DNA of 64,000 nt, from contig CAZVFL010000002.1 in assembly GCA_964626025.1 (NCBI GenBank), positions 15,439-79,438 of the forward strand, written 5' to 3'. This stretch comes from an uncultured Thalassospiraceae bacterium (GTDB lineage Bacteria > Pseudomonadota > Alphaproteobacteria > Rhodospirillales > Casp-alpha2). The position numbers and the translations under genes are program-made. The notes under the pieces were generated by a model, which was not told the DNA's origin, made no database searches, and was given only the letters and a program-made list of their open reading frames with translations. Within the stretch, counting starts at the first letter, position 1. Each line of letters starts with the position of its first letter. Positions 9,488 to 18,198 of the stretch are shown here, one piece after another.

Positions 9488-9680
9488 AGAATTAACTCGG
9501 TCATGACTATTCCTGGAAAATCTGGATTGGTTACTAAATTTGGCGGCAGCAATTCGCATATGGCCATTCGTTGTGCTGAACTGGGTATTCCAGCGGCGAT
9601 TGGGTGCGGTGAGCAGACCTTCGACCGGGTCATAGAAGGAAAAACAATTTACTTGGATTGCGCTTCCAAGCTTTTAAACC
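9488..9680 (+). pseudogene. C-terminal stump of a PEP-utilising-enzyme mobile (phosphohistidine) domain protein
   Basis: GLVTKFGGSNSHMAIRCAELGIPAAIGCG is the swivelling-His motif. There is an in-frame TGA at 9485 and only AT-rich junk upstream. Confidence 0.55.
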
Positions 9681-9912
9681 AGGGGACCGCATCCAACGGC
9701 GGTGGGACATCGGTTACGAAGCGTCCGTCGCGAATGGAGGGCTCCGTGGAGATATCTGAAAGCCGATGTTCAAAACTCTTCACGCCGGCACGGAGCCGTT
9801 CGCGCTCATCTTCCGAGAGCACGTTCCGGAGGACAACAACTCCTTTGTTATGCAGTTCGCCGGCAATTTCAGCCAATCTTTCTGGCGTTAGATCAGCAGA
9901 CATCACCGGCAT
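9649..9912 (-). pseudogene. short ORF, possibly the N-terminal fragment of a PhyH-like Fe/2OG dioxygenase
   Basis: LTPERLAEIAGELHNKGVVVLRNVLSEDERERL resembles PhyH N-termini; only 87 aa; weak. Confidence 0.3.
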
Positions 9913-10016
9913 AGGTCAGCTTGTCCAAATTGAGGACAAGGTGCCCCTCGCGCACTGAGATGACGCACAAGGGCAGAACCAATGAAGCCATGCCCTCCTG
10001 TGAGGAGGATTTTCAT
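9905..10016 (-). pseudogene. frameshifted 5' remnant of a second rfbB
   Basis: Reverse strand shows GGAGG, then ATG, then MKILLTGGHGFIGSALVRHL. The DKLTYAG motif continues in another frame (VREGHLVLNLDKLTYAGDV). Confidence 0.55.
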
Positions 10017-10073
10017 TCATCCCTCCATCGCGGTTCAAAACTGCTGAATGACAATATCACAGCCAAATTCTGT

Positions 10074-11015
10074 TCATGAGAATCGTGTGCGGAATTTGTT
10101 GAGAGGCAGCAGCGATACTTCCTCACCATCTTCATTATCACTCACCGCCGAGCAGACCCGAAGAAGTCCTGAACCACAAACCACGATGGGGTGTCCTTCT
10201 TGAACAAAGATGATTTTCCCCGGCGTTCTATTTTCAATATGCACATCGCCTAGCGCGTCTGCTTCCAGCACGCGCGCGGGACGGTTATTGATTAGCGTAA
10301 ACGCGCCCTTATAGGGAAAGCTAACGGCATCCACAAAGCGTTTGATCTCGGCCGCAGACTTGGTCCAGTCGATATGATAGTCCTGATCGTCCCGCCACAG
10401 GCTGTAGCTTGCGTCGGCCTCTTCCTGTGGCTGACCGTCCAAGGGGTGGCCCCGCATTATTTTCGAAGTTATTTCGGTGGCAAGACTCACATAACAATCG
10501 GTTATCGTATCGATGGCTTGTTGTATTGTTAGCGGGTAGGTAATGCTCTTCGCGTCCTGCGCGATGATATCGCCTTTATCATATTCATCATGAGAAAATA
10601 AAGCGGTTACGCCGATTTCATGGTCTCCGTTAATCAAACTTGAGACCAGCGGGCCAAAGCCACGGTAGCGCGGCAATAAAGAATCGTGAAAAATAATTAA
10701 TTCGGTTTGTTCAAGATTGATAAGCCAGCGCCATGATATGGCAAAGGCGTATTCGGACGTTATTTTTATTTCATCTCTCCTGTTAAAAAACTTTATATTA
10801 TGCTGTCCGCAATGCCTTTTTATCTCATCGAAATAATCTTTTAATACATTTTCATCGGAGGCTGAAACAACAACGTCTATAACGTTTTTGCATTTCGCTG
10901 TCAGCGCCTGAAGAACGGCTAAACCTTTTTGCCCAGTAAGAAAAAGAGCTAGTGTTGGCATTGTTTCGGAAATCCTCATCTTGTCTTCTGATTGTCTTCT
11001 GACAGGTGACGACAT
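10074..11015 (-). CDS. formyltransferase (Fmt/ArnA-N-like), probable sugar N-formyltransferase
   Basis: IIFHDSLLPRYRGFGPL (the HxSLLPxxRG formyltransferase motif) and a C-terminal Fmt-like domain. True start is probably an internal Met (MRIS at 10979 or MPTL at 10961). Confidence 0.8.
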   Translation of the reverse strand: MSSPVRRQSEDKMRISETMPTLALFLTGQKGLAVLQALTAKCKNVIDVVVSASDENVLKDYFDEIKRHCGQHNIKFFNRRDEIKITSEYAFAISWRWLINLEQTELIIFHDSLLPRYRGFGPLVSSLINGDHEIGVTALFSHDEYDKGDIIAQDAKSITYPLTIQQAIDTITDCYVSLATEITSKIMRGHPLDGQPQEEADASYSLWRDDQDYHIDWTKSAAEIKRFVDAVSFPYKGAFTLINNRPARVLEADALGDVHIENRTPGKIIFVQEGHPIVVCGSGLLRVCSAVSDNEDGEEVSLLPLNKFRTRFS

Positions 11016-11129
11016 GTGAACCGATATTTCCCGTGTAGCTTTCTATTCGTTGCCGATCAAACTCAAATTGCGCCGCCGTTGTTGTGGTTTTACCTCCGCA
11101 GTCGTCCGATTGCTTGATTTTGGTGAGTT

Positions 11130-11377
11130 AGCCGATGAGGACAACGGGATAATATTCGTCCAGAACGTGCTTGTCGGCATGGTCTCGTTGCCCGGATGAT
11201 CTCATACCCTGAAAGAGGCGCAAATTATTATCGAAGAATGGAGAAACCATTACAACACTAAGAGGCCGCACAGTGTTTTGGGCGACCACCCACCGGCTTC
11301 GGAAACCGCCATTCCGTTAGACCAAAGGCCGGTAATGCACTAACATTTAAGGCTGACCGCTTCGTGGGGGCAGGTTA
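11130..11377 (+). mobile_element. IS3-family right-end remnant (decayed OrfB C-terminus plus terminal IR)
   Basis: LKEAQIIIEEWRNHYNTKRPHSVLGDHPPA then a stop, followed by ...CTTCGTGGGGGCAGGTTA. Confidence 0.65.
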
Positions 11378-11432
11378 ACTTGGACTGACAAATTTTAACC
11401 CACCCCTTATCTAGAGTAGTTATGGGTACTTA

Positions 11433-12386
11433 ATGAGCTCTGAGCGTCCCCACATATCTGCTGTTAGCCCCGTTTTCCAAGCGGAAGAATGTATCCCCGA
11501 ATTGTATCGCCGTCTTAGTAACGCATTGGGAAGCATATCCGATAATTTCGAGATCATCCTTGTTGAGGATTGCGGCGATGATTCATCTTGGAATTTAATT
11601 ACCAAAATCGCGGAAAAAGATAGCCGCGTTAAGGGCATAAAGCTGGGCCGGAACTTCGGGCAGCACTACGCCATTACAGCAGGGCTTGATATCGCCGAAG
11701 GTGATTGGGTGGTAATCCTGGATTGCGACCTCCAGGACCCACCCGAGGCTATTCCCAAACTCTATGCTAAAGCGCAGGAAGGGTTTGATGTTGTTGAAGC
11801 AGAGTTTGTTAATCGCGATAGTGATTATTTTGGATTCCGATCTTGGTTATTTTGGAAAACTCTAAGTTTTCTGTCAAAGATGAAATTTAATCACAAAATT
11901 GGAAACTTTCGTATTATATCAAGAAAAGTTTTGATCAATTTTAAGAACTTCAGGGAACAACTCCGCTTTTTGGGCGGCATTTTATTGCTAATGGGATTTG
12001 ATACCGCACGGATACCTATTGCGCGGGAAAATCGCTTTGCTGGAAAGACAAGCTATTCCTTGCGAAGAATGATTTTCATGTCGATGGATATAATAATTGC
12101 GTACTCGGATAGGCCTCTAAAACTATCTATCGCATTTGGGTTTTTTATTTCTACTTTATCATTTTTATTTGGTATTTATGTATTTATTTTGTACATATTT
12201 GGTATTACTGAAATAACCGGGTGGCCAAGCTTAATAATTTCGATCTATTTTATTGGCGGTATTATTATAGCAAATTTGGGACTACTGGGAATCTATGTTG
12301 GGCGGACATTTGATGAAACGAAAAACCGCCCCCTATACATCATAGATAAAACGACATTTAATATAAATAACGTTGAGAAAAACTGA
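11433..12386 (+). CDS. GT2 polyprenyl-phosphate glycosyltransferase (ArnC/GtrB-like)
   Basis: ISAVSPVFQAEECIPELYRRL...EIILVEDCGDD...DCDLQDPPE plus two C-terminal TM helices; AT-rich. Confidence 0.85.
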   Translation: MSSERPHISAVSPVFQAEECIPELYRRLSNALGSISDNFEIILVEDCGDDSSWNLITKIAEKDSRVKGIKLGRNFGQHYAITAGLDIAEGDWVVILDCDLQDPPEAIPKLYAKAQEGFDVVEAEFVNRDSDYFGFRSWLFWKTLSFLSKMKFNHKIGNFRIISRKVLINFKNFREQLRFLGGILLLMGFDTARIPIARENRFAGKTSYSLRRMIFMSMDIIIAYSDRPLKLSIAFGFFISTLSFLFGIYVFILYIFGITEITGWPSLIISIYFIGGIIIANLGLLGIYVGRTFDETKNRPLYIIDKTTFNINNVEKN

Positions 12387-12600
12387 CTTGATTTTCTAAA
12401 AAACTAAATAAAACCGATATCAAAAATATTAGCACTGCGTTTATCATCTAATATTTTTAGCGGATTTATTAAATATTTATAAGGATTTTAAATCCTTAGA
12501 TGGTCAGGGCCAAGTCCGCTGAGATAGTGGGCTTTCTTTTTATCCTATATACAGCGAGATTTATCTCACCGTTCAAGCGCGAAAATTATTTAATCCGACG

Positions 12601-13743
12601 TTGGAGAAAAACGTGCGAATTCCCTTAAGCCGTCCACGAATTACCAGCAAAGAACGAGAGTATGTCCTTAAGGCTCTCAATAGCGGAGATATTTCGGGGG
12701 ATGGCAAGTTTTCCCAGAAGTGCCATCTACTTCTAGGCAAAGATACAGGATGTGAACATGCTCTTCTAACTCACTCCTGTACCGCGGCTTTGGAGATGGC
12801 GGGACTGTTAATCGACCTTCAGCCGGGCGATGAGGTTATTATGCCATCGTACGCTTTCGTCTCTACGGCGACAGCAGTGACCCTTCGTGGGGCGATGCCG
12901 GTCTTTGTGGATATTAGGGAGGACACTTTCAACCTTGATGAAAAACTGATTGAGCCTGCCGTTACTGACCGCACAAAAGCTATTTTTGTCGTCCATTATG
13001 CTGGGGTGGCATCCGATATGGAGCCAATAATGACCATCGCAAGGGAACATAATTTGTTTGTCGTAGAAGACGCGGCTCAGGCTTATAAAGCCACATATAA
13101 CGGACAGGCTTTGGGAACCATTGGTGATTATGGGGCATTAAGCTTTCATGTTACGAAAAATATTCAATCAGGAGAGGGGGGCGCCCTACTCATAAATAAT
13201 CATGAAAATATAGAACGTGCTGAGATATTAAGGGAAAAAGGGACTAATCGGAGGGCATTTTTAGCAGGTGAAGTCGATAAATACACTTGGGTTGACCACG
13301 GATCCTCTTATCTTCCATCGGATTTGATAGCGGCTTGTTTGCTTGCACAACTCGAAGATGCGGAGGAGATAACTGCAGCTCGGTTAAAGATTTGGAACAG
13401 GTATCACGAGTTGCTGACCCCCGAAACGAAATCTGGAAACTTTCGCTGTCCGATTATACCTGATTATGCGTCACATAATGCCCATATGTACCCAATACTT
13501 TTAGAAAATTCAGAAGTGCGTAATAAAGTACAAGCAGATTTATGCCGCAAAAGTATTCAAGCGACGTTCCACTATATCCCATTACATTCTTCTCCTGCGG
13601 GGCTACGTTATGGTCGGGCCGCAGGTCAGATGGACGTAACAGACAATGTGGCCGCACGTATTTTGAGGTTGCCATTGTATCCAAACTTGAGCACGGACGA
13701 ACAAAGCAAGGTTGTTGAGTTATTGTTAGACTCAATGCCCTGA
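12601..13743 (+). CDS. wecE: dTDP-4-amino-4,6-dideoxyhexose transaminase (DegT/WecE type)
   Basis: Close resemblance to E. coli WecE along the length: LTHSCTAALEMAGLLIDLQPGDEVIMPSYAFVSTA...VHYAGV...NLFVVEDAAQA...REKGTNR...VDKYTWVD.GSSY. Start is TTG 12601 or GTG 12613. Confidence 0.9.
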   Translation: MEKNVRIPLSRPRITSKEREYVLKALNSGDISGDGKFSQKCHLLLGKDTGCEHALLTHSCTAALEMAGLLIDLQPGDEVIMPSYAFVSTATAVTLRGAMPVFVDIREDTFNLDEKLIEPAVTDRTKAIFVVHYAGVASDMEPIMTIAREHNLFVVEDAAQAYKATYNGQALGTIGDYGALSFHVTKNIQSGEGGALLINNHENIERAEILREKGTNRRAFLAGEVDKYTWVDHGSSYLPSDLIAACLLAQLEDAEEITAARLKIWNRYHELLTPETKSGNFRCPIIPDYASHNAHMYPILLENSEVRNKVQADLCRKSIQATFHYIPLHSSPAGLRYGRAAGQMDVTDNVAARILRLPLYPNLSTDEQSKVVELLLDSMP

Positions 13744-13827
13744 ATTTTTAGTTGCATCTTTCTATTGTTTTTAGAATTTTCGCGTAAGGGAGTTTGTTTT
13801 GTACTGGCAGCGCGTGGAGGTCTTGTC

Positions 13828-14439
13828 GTGAGAGGCGTTGCCGTAAGCCAGCGCGTCGACGTCTGGGAAAGTCGGAACGAACGGCGCGACGCTTTGGATC
13901 AACGCTTGGCCGGCTGGTTAGCGCAAGCCGGTTTTGTGCCGTTTCCCGTTCCCAATTCCCTGTCGCAAGGGCAATTGGAGGAATGGCTTGGCGGGGTGAA
14001 GCCAGGCGCCTGTCTGCTGTCGGGAGGAAACGAAATCGGCGATCCGCTCGAGCGTGACCGGACCGAGGCGCAATTGCTGAAGTACGCGCAACGCCAACGG
14101 CTCCCTCTTTTAGGGATATGTCGAGGCATGCAATTCATGGCGGCCCGTGCCGGGGTGGAGTTGCGTCGCCTCGACGGTCACATTGCAACTCGACACGCGA
14201 TTACGATGGCTCCCGATGCGGAAGGGGAGCTGCCGGGCGAGGTGAACAGTTTCCATGGTTGGGGGCTAAAGGAGCCCCCCTCCGGGTATAAGGTCCTTGC
14301 ACGCGCGACGCACGACGGCACCGTCGAAGCGATAAGCCACAATTCCTTACCCTGGGAAGGATGGATGTGGCACCCCGAGCGAGAGGAGTCATTTTGTGAT
14401 ATTCAGTTGGGGCGATTGCAAGGCTTGTTCGGAAAGTAG
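13828..14439 (+). CDS. class I glutamine-amidotransferase-like hydrolase (peptidase C26 family)
   Basis: LLGICRGMQ (nucleophile elbow) and WHPE near the C-terminus; GTG 13828 preceded by GGAGG. Confidence 0.8.
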   Translation: MRGVAVSQRVDVWESRNERRDALDQRLAGWLAQAGFVPFPVPNSLSQGQLEEWLGGVKPGACLLSGGNEIGDPLERDRTEAQLLKYAQRQRLPLLGICRGMQFMAARAGVELRRLDGHIATRHAITMAPDAEGELPGEVNSFHGWGLKEPPSGYKVLARATHDGTVEAISHNSLPWEGWMWHPEREESFCDIQLGRLQGLFGK

Positions 14440-14531
14440 AAAGCATTCGTGGCACCGCTGACCGATGGAATATATACAGATTCTATTGGCTTGGGCATTG
14501 ATTGGCTTCGAGCATGAATATCAGGTGATCT

Positions 14532-15266
14532 ATGAATGCGATTATTTTGGCGGCTGGCCGCGGTCGCCGTATGAAGGATAAGACCGACGGTCGTCCCAAG
14601 TGCCTTGTCGAACTTCGAGGTCGTCCATTGCTTGAATGGCAGTTGGACGCGTTGCTCGAAGCCGGCATCGACGACATCGGCATCGTGACCGGATACAAGC
14701 GAGAGATGCTGGCCAAATGGGCGTTCAACGAATTTCATAACCCGCATTGGGCACAGACCAACATGCTGTCCTCACTTGCCTGTGCGGAGGAATGGCTGAA
14801 GGAAGGCCCCTGCATCGTCAGCTACTCGGACATTTTCTACGATCCTTCCGCGATCCAGGCACTGATGGAATGTGATGCCCCGATTGCGATTACCTATGAC
14901 CCGCGCTGGCTTGAGCTTTGGAGGAAGCGGTTCGAGGACCCTTTATCCGACGCAGAGACCTTTCGATTGAACGCGGACTCAACACTTGCAGAAATCGGTG
15001 ATAAGGCTTCAACGACTGACGAGATCGAAGGGCAGTATATGGGACTGTTGCGCTTTACCCCAGAGGGATGGGGCGAGGTGGAACTCATCCGGACAAGTGT
15101 AACATCAGACGTTTGCGATAAGATGCACATGACCGGTATGCTGCAACGGGTTATTGTGGCGGCCCGCATGCCGATCACTGCCCTACCTTTTGAAGGCGAA
15201 TGGGGAGAGGTGGATACCCCGGATGATCTGGCCGTCTACCAGGATTTGCAGGGCGGTTCCTTATGA
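14532..15266 (+). CDS. LicC-like phospho-substrate cytidylyl/nucleotidyltransferase
   Basis: MNAIILAAGRGRRM...RPKCLVEL... then WLELWRKRFEDPLSDAETF and EGQYMGLLRF. Confidence 0.8.
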   Translation: MNAIILAAGRGRRMKDKTDGRPKCLVELRGRPLLEWQLDALLEAGIDDIGIVTGYKREMLAKWAFNEFHNPHWAQTNMLSSLACAEEWLKEGPCIVSYSDIFYDPSAIQALMECDAPIAITYDPRWLELWRKRFEDPLSDAETFRLNADSTLAEIGDKASTTDEIEGQYMGLLRFTPEGWGEVELIRTSVTSDVCDKMHMTGMLQRVIVAARMPITALPFEGEWGEVDTPDDLAVYQDLQGGSL

Positions 15267-15438
15267 ACGATCTTCCGGCGCCGCAACCGGACTGCCTGCC
15301 AAAGGGGGAACCTCGCGCAGCATGCTGATGATATGTTCAGGGGTATAGGCGTTTACGGCTCATTCGTTCCTCCTTATCTAGGATTAGAATGCGCCAAACT
15401 CTCTCATAGGCGTTGGACCACTTCGTGGGGGCAGGTCA
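15267..15438 (-). mobile_element. IS3-family left-end remnant (IRL plus first ~30 codons of OrfA)
   Basis: Reverse strand reads TGACCTGCCCCCACGAAGTGGTCC...TAAGGAGGAACGA ATG then MSRKRLYPEHIISMLREV. Confidence 0.65.
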
Positions 15439-15718
15439 CGACTTCAAGGTAATTTCTTGAACCAGGAAAAAACTTAGTCACCACCCAAAAGATTAGCCGA
15501 TTACATCCCTTGAACCAAAAGCTATCGTCCTCAATGGACGCGAGCGCCTCGAATGCGGCGGGATCAAAGATGTCCTCCGTTTCGCTCTTTGAAAGCGGCA
15601 GCAATTGGACCACGCCTTCAATAGCCAGCGGCCTTTTTTCGCAACGCAGGCAAATCCATTCTTTCGTATGGATCGTGGCGGAACAAAAAAGACAAAGTTT
15701 CATGAGATGCGCCGACAA
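15439..15718 (-). pseudogene. 5' part of a second Zn-ribbon methyltransferase, truncated by the IS3 end
   Basis: CLFCSATIHTKEWICLRC...EDDSFWFKGCNRLIFWVV.KFFPG parallels CISCG...CPEC...EEGNFWFVTRNKLILWAL.KFCPG of the 5924 gene. It stops before motif I at the IS inverted repeat. Confidence 0.65.
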
Positions 15719-15744
15719 TCTTCATGTAACCGACAACACGGCGT

Positions 15745-17913
15745 TCATTGCGATTCGGGGATCGAGAATACGGTCACCGAGAAAATCTTTGCCCGTGTTC
15801 CGACGGGGCTCGCGGAGTTCCTGAAAATAAGGTATTCGGCATCGGATATTTCGTCGAGCCGGACATAGGCGAAGCGACTGTCGCCGGAAGGGCCGATCCT
15901 CGCCTCGTCCAGCAACTTGGAAGTATTTCCACGCTCGGTAACGGTAATTCCAAGAAATCCGTCTTCAACCTTTAACCTTACCCGGACGATCGCCGGTCCT
16001 GCCAGGTCGGCCAAAGCATTCGGCAGCAATTTTGTTTGCGCCGAATAGTTCCATGACACAGACGTCGTAGCCAGGGATATGCCGTCCGGAATTGTTTCAA
16101 TCCGGCCGCCGTTGATCCCTTCCAGATCGTCCAGCGACACCTGAAACAGTACTTTGCCGACTGGTCTTGGTTGCGGAATTATTTCCACAACGGCGAGAGC
16201 ATAACCCCAATCTTGCCCCTTGAATTGGTCGGCGACGACCGGCTTGAACGAAACCCCGTTTTCTGCCAACGCCGCGATGCCGTTCGAAACCTCTTTTTCG
16301 GTCATTCCAAGAAGGGCAAGAAAGCGCGCCTCCCCTACGTGATCGAGGAAATACTTATCAGCGACCAACATTCCCACGGTTTCAGCTACATAGGCGAGAC
16401 TGTAGCTATAAAGAAACGTCGATTGGACCGACGGTAAATAATAGCCCTTGCCCGGCTGGCCGGAATACTGGCCGGAATACCAAAACCGCACGCGGCCGAC
16501 CCGTGGCGGCCCCAAACCATTGATCGTTTTCTGGAGAAACCGCGCCCCCTGATAGACGTCCCGCTCCAAGGTACGCGCGGTCTCGGAATGAAGTCTCGCC
16601 ATCCCATCGAACGCATAACCCTTTACCGCCCAATTTATTGTGGCCAGAAATACAAGACTGGACGCGATCGCGACGGAGGATAAAGCGAAGCGTGGTAGGA
16701 CCCTTGAAAGAACGGCCCCCACCGGGATGAACACCAACATGGCCGCATAGATATCTTGATTCTGAACGCCAATCAGGCCTGGAATATGTTGGCCGGCAAT
16801 CCAAAAAATCAAATGAACCGCCAAACAAGAAAAAATGACAGTTTTCTGTGTCTCCCCTCCTTTTACGTGCAACTCTCCAATGATAACAATCATGGACAAG
16901 AAAACGGCCGGAACAAAATATATTAAATAATAATGAAGACCCCAGATTCCAGATTTAAAAACAATGTGCAAAATAAAATATATAATTATTACAATCAACA
17001 GATATACGGTTGACGCGCCAAATAAACGTTTATGTTGAAGCCGCCCCCCCGCCGCCACGCCAAGGGCGATCGCGCCGGACAAAAAGGCGAAAGGGAATAT
17101 CGCCTGATAGAGCCCGCGTGAAAATATGATCTCGAAGCCATGATACCAGCGCGCTCCCCCTCCCTCGAGCAGCCACCGCGCCATCGAAATCGCCGGTTTT
17201 TCAAAGAAGAAACCGAACGCCGGGTAGAACAGGGCCATGGCGGAACCCATCACTACGTAGGCGCCGACAAAGCCGCCAACGATCCAGGCGGTCTTCGCGA
17301 CTATCCTGCGATAGGGCAGCCCCCATTGTGTTATGAGCCACGGCAAGCCGAAGGCACCGGCGATTGCAAACGTGAAGGTGTTCGTGTTTGTCGCAAGGGC
17401 AAACATCATGCCGGCGAAAAACGACTTCGCGGACGACGACCTGTCCTCAATGACCAGTAGCCCAACCCCCGCAAGAAGGTAGATCGCGGCCACTCCGTCG
17501 TAGTGGTCGCTAAGAAGCGAGAGCAAAATCCAGGGATTGAACGCAAAAAAGACGGCCCAAAAAACGCTCACGGACACCGAGAAAAATTTCTTGGATACGC
17601 CGAAAACAGTCGCCGTGCCGGCCACAAGAAGCACGTACCGGAATACGTGGTATCCGGCATCTTCGCCCAGAACCCAAATGAAAAACCGCGCAGGGAAGAT
17701 AAATGCAATCCGCGCCGCGTAATAAGTCGGCCCATAACGCTCAATCAGATTGTCGTAATCGTGGATGTAGCCCGTATAGATGAACGCGTCGAGCCCACCT
17801 GCCTGGAATATCGTCGCCTTGATACTCAATAGCGCCAGAAGCGGTAAGCCCCATATCACCGCGACCGATTGCCACTCTCGAGCCAAATACTGTTTCAGCG
17901 TCTTCAATTTCAT
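15745..17913 (-). CDS. large polytopic membrane protein with ~250-aa C-terminal soluble domain; candidate GT-C-fold glycosyltransferase
   Basis: More than 12 hydrophobic segments and an acidic first loop (IHDYDNL); start set at MKLKTLKQY (17913). Fold assignment is inference only. Confidence 0.6.
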   Translation of the reverse strand: MKLKTLKQYLAREWQSVAVIWGLPLLALLSIKATIFQAGGLDAFIYTGYIHDYDNLIERYGPTYYAARIAFIFPARFFIWVLGEDAGYHVFRYVLLVAGTATVFGVSKKFFSVSVSVFWAVFFAFNPWILLSLLSDHYDGVAAIYLLAGVGLLVIEDRSSSAKSFFAGMMFALATNTNTFTFAIAGAFGLPWLITQWGLPYRRIVAKTAWIVGGFVGAYVVMGSAMALFYPAFGFFFEKPAISMARWLLEGGGARWYHGFEIIFSRGLYQAIFPFAFLSGAIALGVAAGGRLQHKRLFGASTVYLLIVIIIYFILHIVFKSGIWGLHYYLIYFVPAVFLSMIVIIGELHVKGGETQKTVIFSCLAVHLIFWIAGQHIPGLIGVQNQDIYAAMLVFIPVGAVLSRVLPRFALSSVAIASSLVFLATINWAVKGYAFDGMARLHSETARTLERDVYQGARFLQKTINGLGPPRVGRVRFWYSGQYSGQPGKGYYLPSVQSTFLYSYSLAYVAETVGMLVADKYFLDHVGEARFLALLGMTEKEVSNGIAALAENGVSFKPVVADQFKGQDWGYALAVVEIIPQPRPVGKVLFQVSLDDLEGINGGRIETIPDGISLATTSVSWNYSAQTKLLPNALADLAGPAIVRVRLKVEDGFLGITVTERGNTSKLLDEARIGPSGDSRFAYVRLDEISDAEYLIFRNSASPVGTRAKIFSVTVFSIPESQ

Positions 17914-18198
17914 GACGGTCTCAATAACGCAAAAAAACTCCACGAAACAGCGATTTTTGGCAATGTCGCGGGTTTGGCCATTCACAGCCATACGCGGATA
18001 TCGGCCACCCGGACCAAAGCGAATCGATCGGTCATCACGGCATGGCATCCCGGGGTGGATTCCCTAGACCGGTTGCAGTATTATCGGGCGTCGGCGGACG
18101 TTACGTGCGTCGCCCGTTGTTTTAGAATCGGATCCTAAGATCGCGGCGACCGGACCGGCGGCACCTATTCAACCCGTCATGGATCAAAGCGGACTTCC

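Noticed and set aside
12480-12498. 19-bp palindrome TAAGGATTT-T-AAATCCTTA upstream of wecE as a regulatory site
   Set aside because: It is real in the sequence. However, it lies in very AT-rich DNA where such palindromes arise easily, and there is no second copy or other context to support a function.
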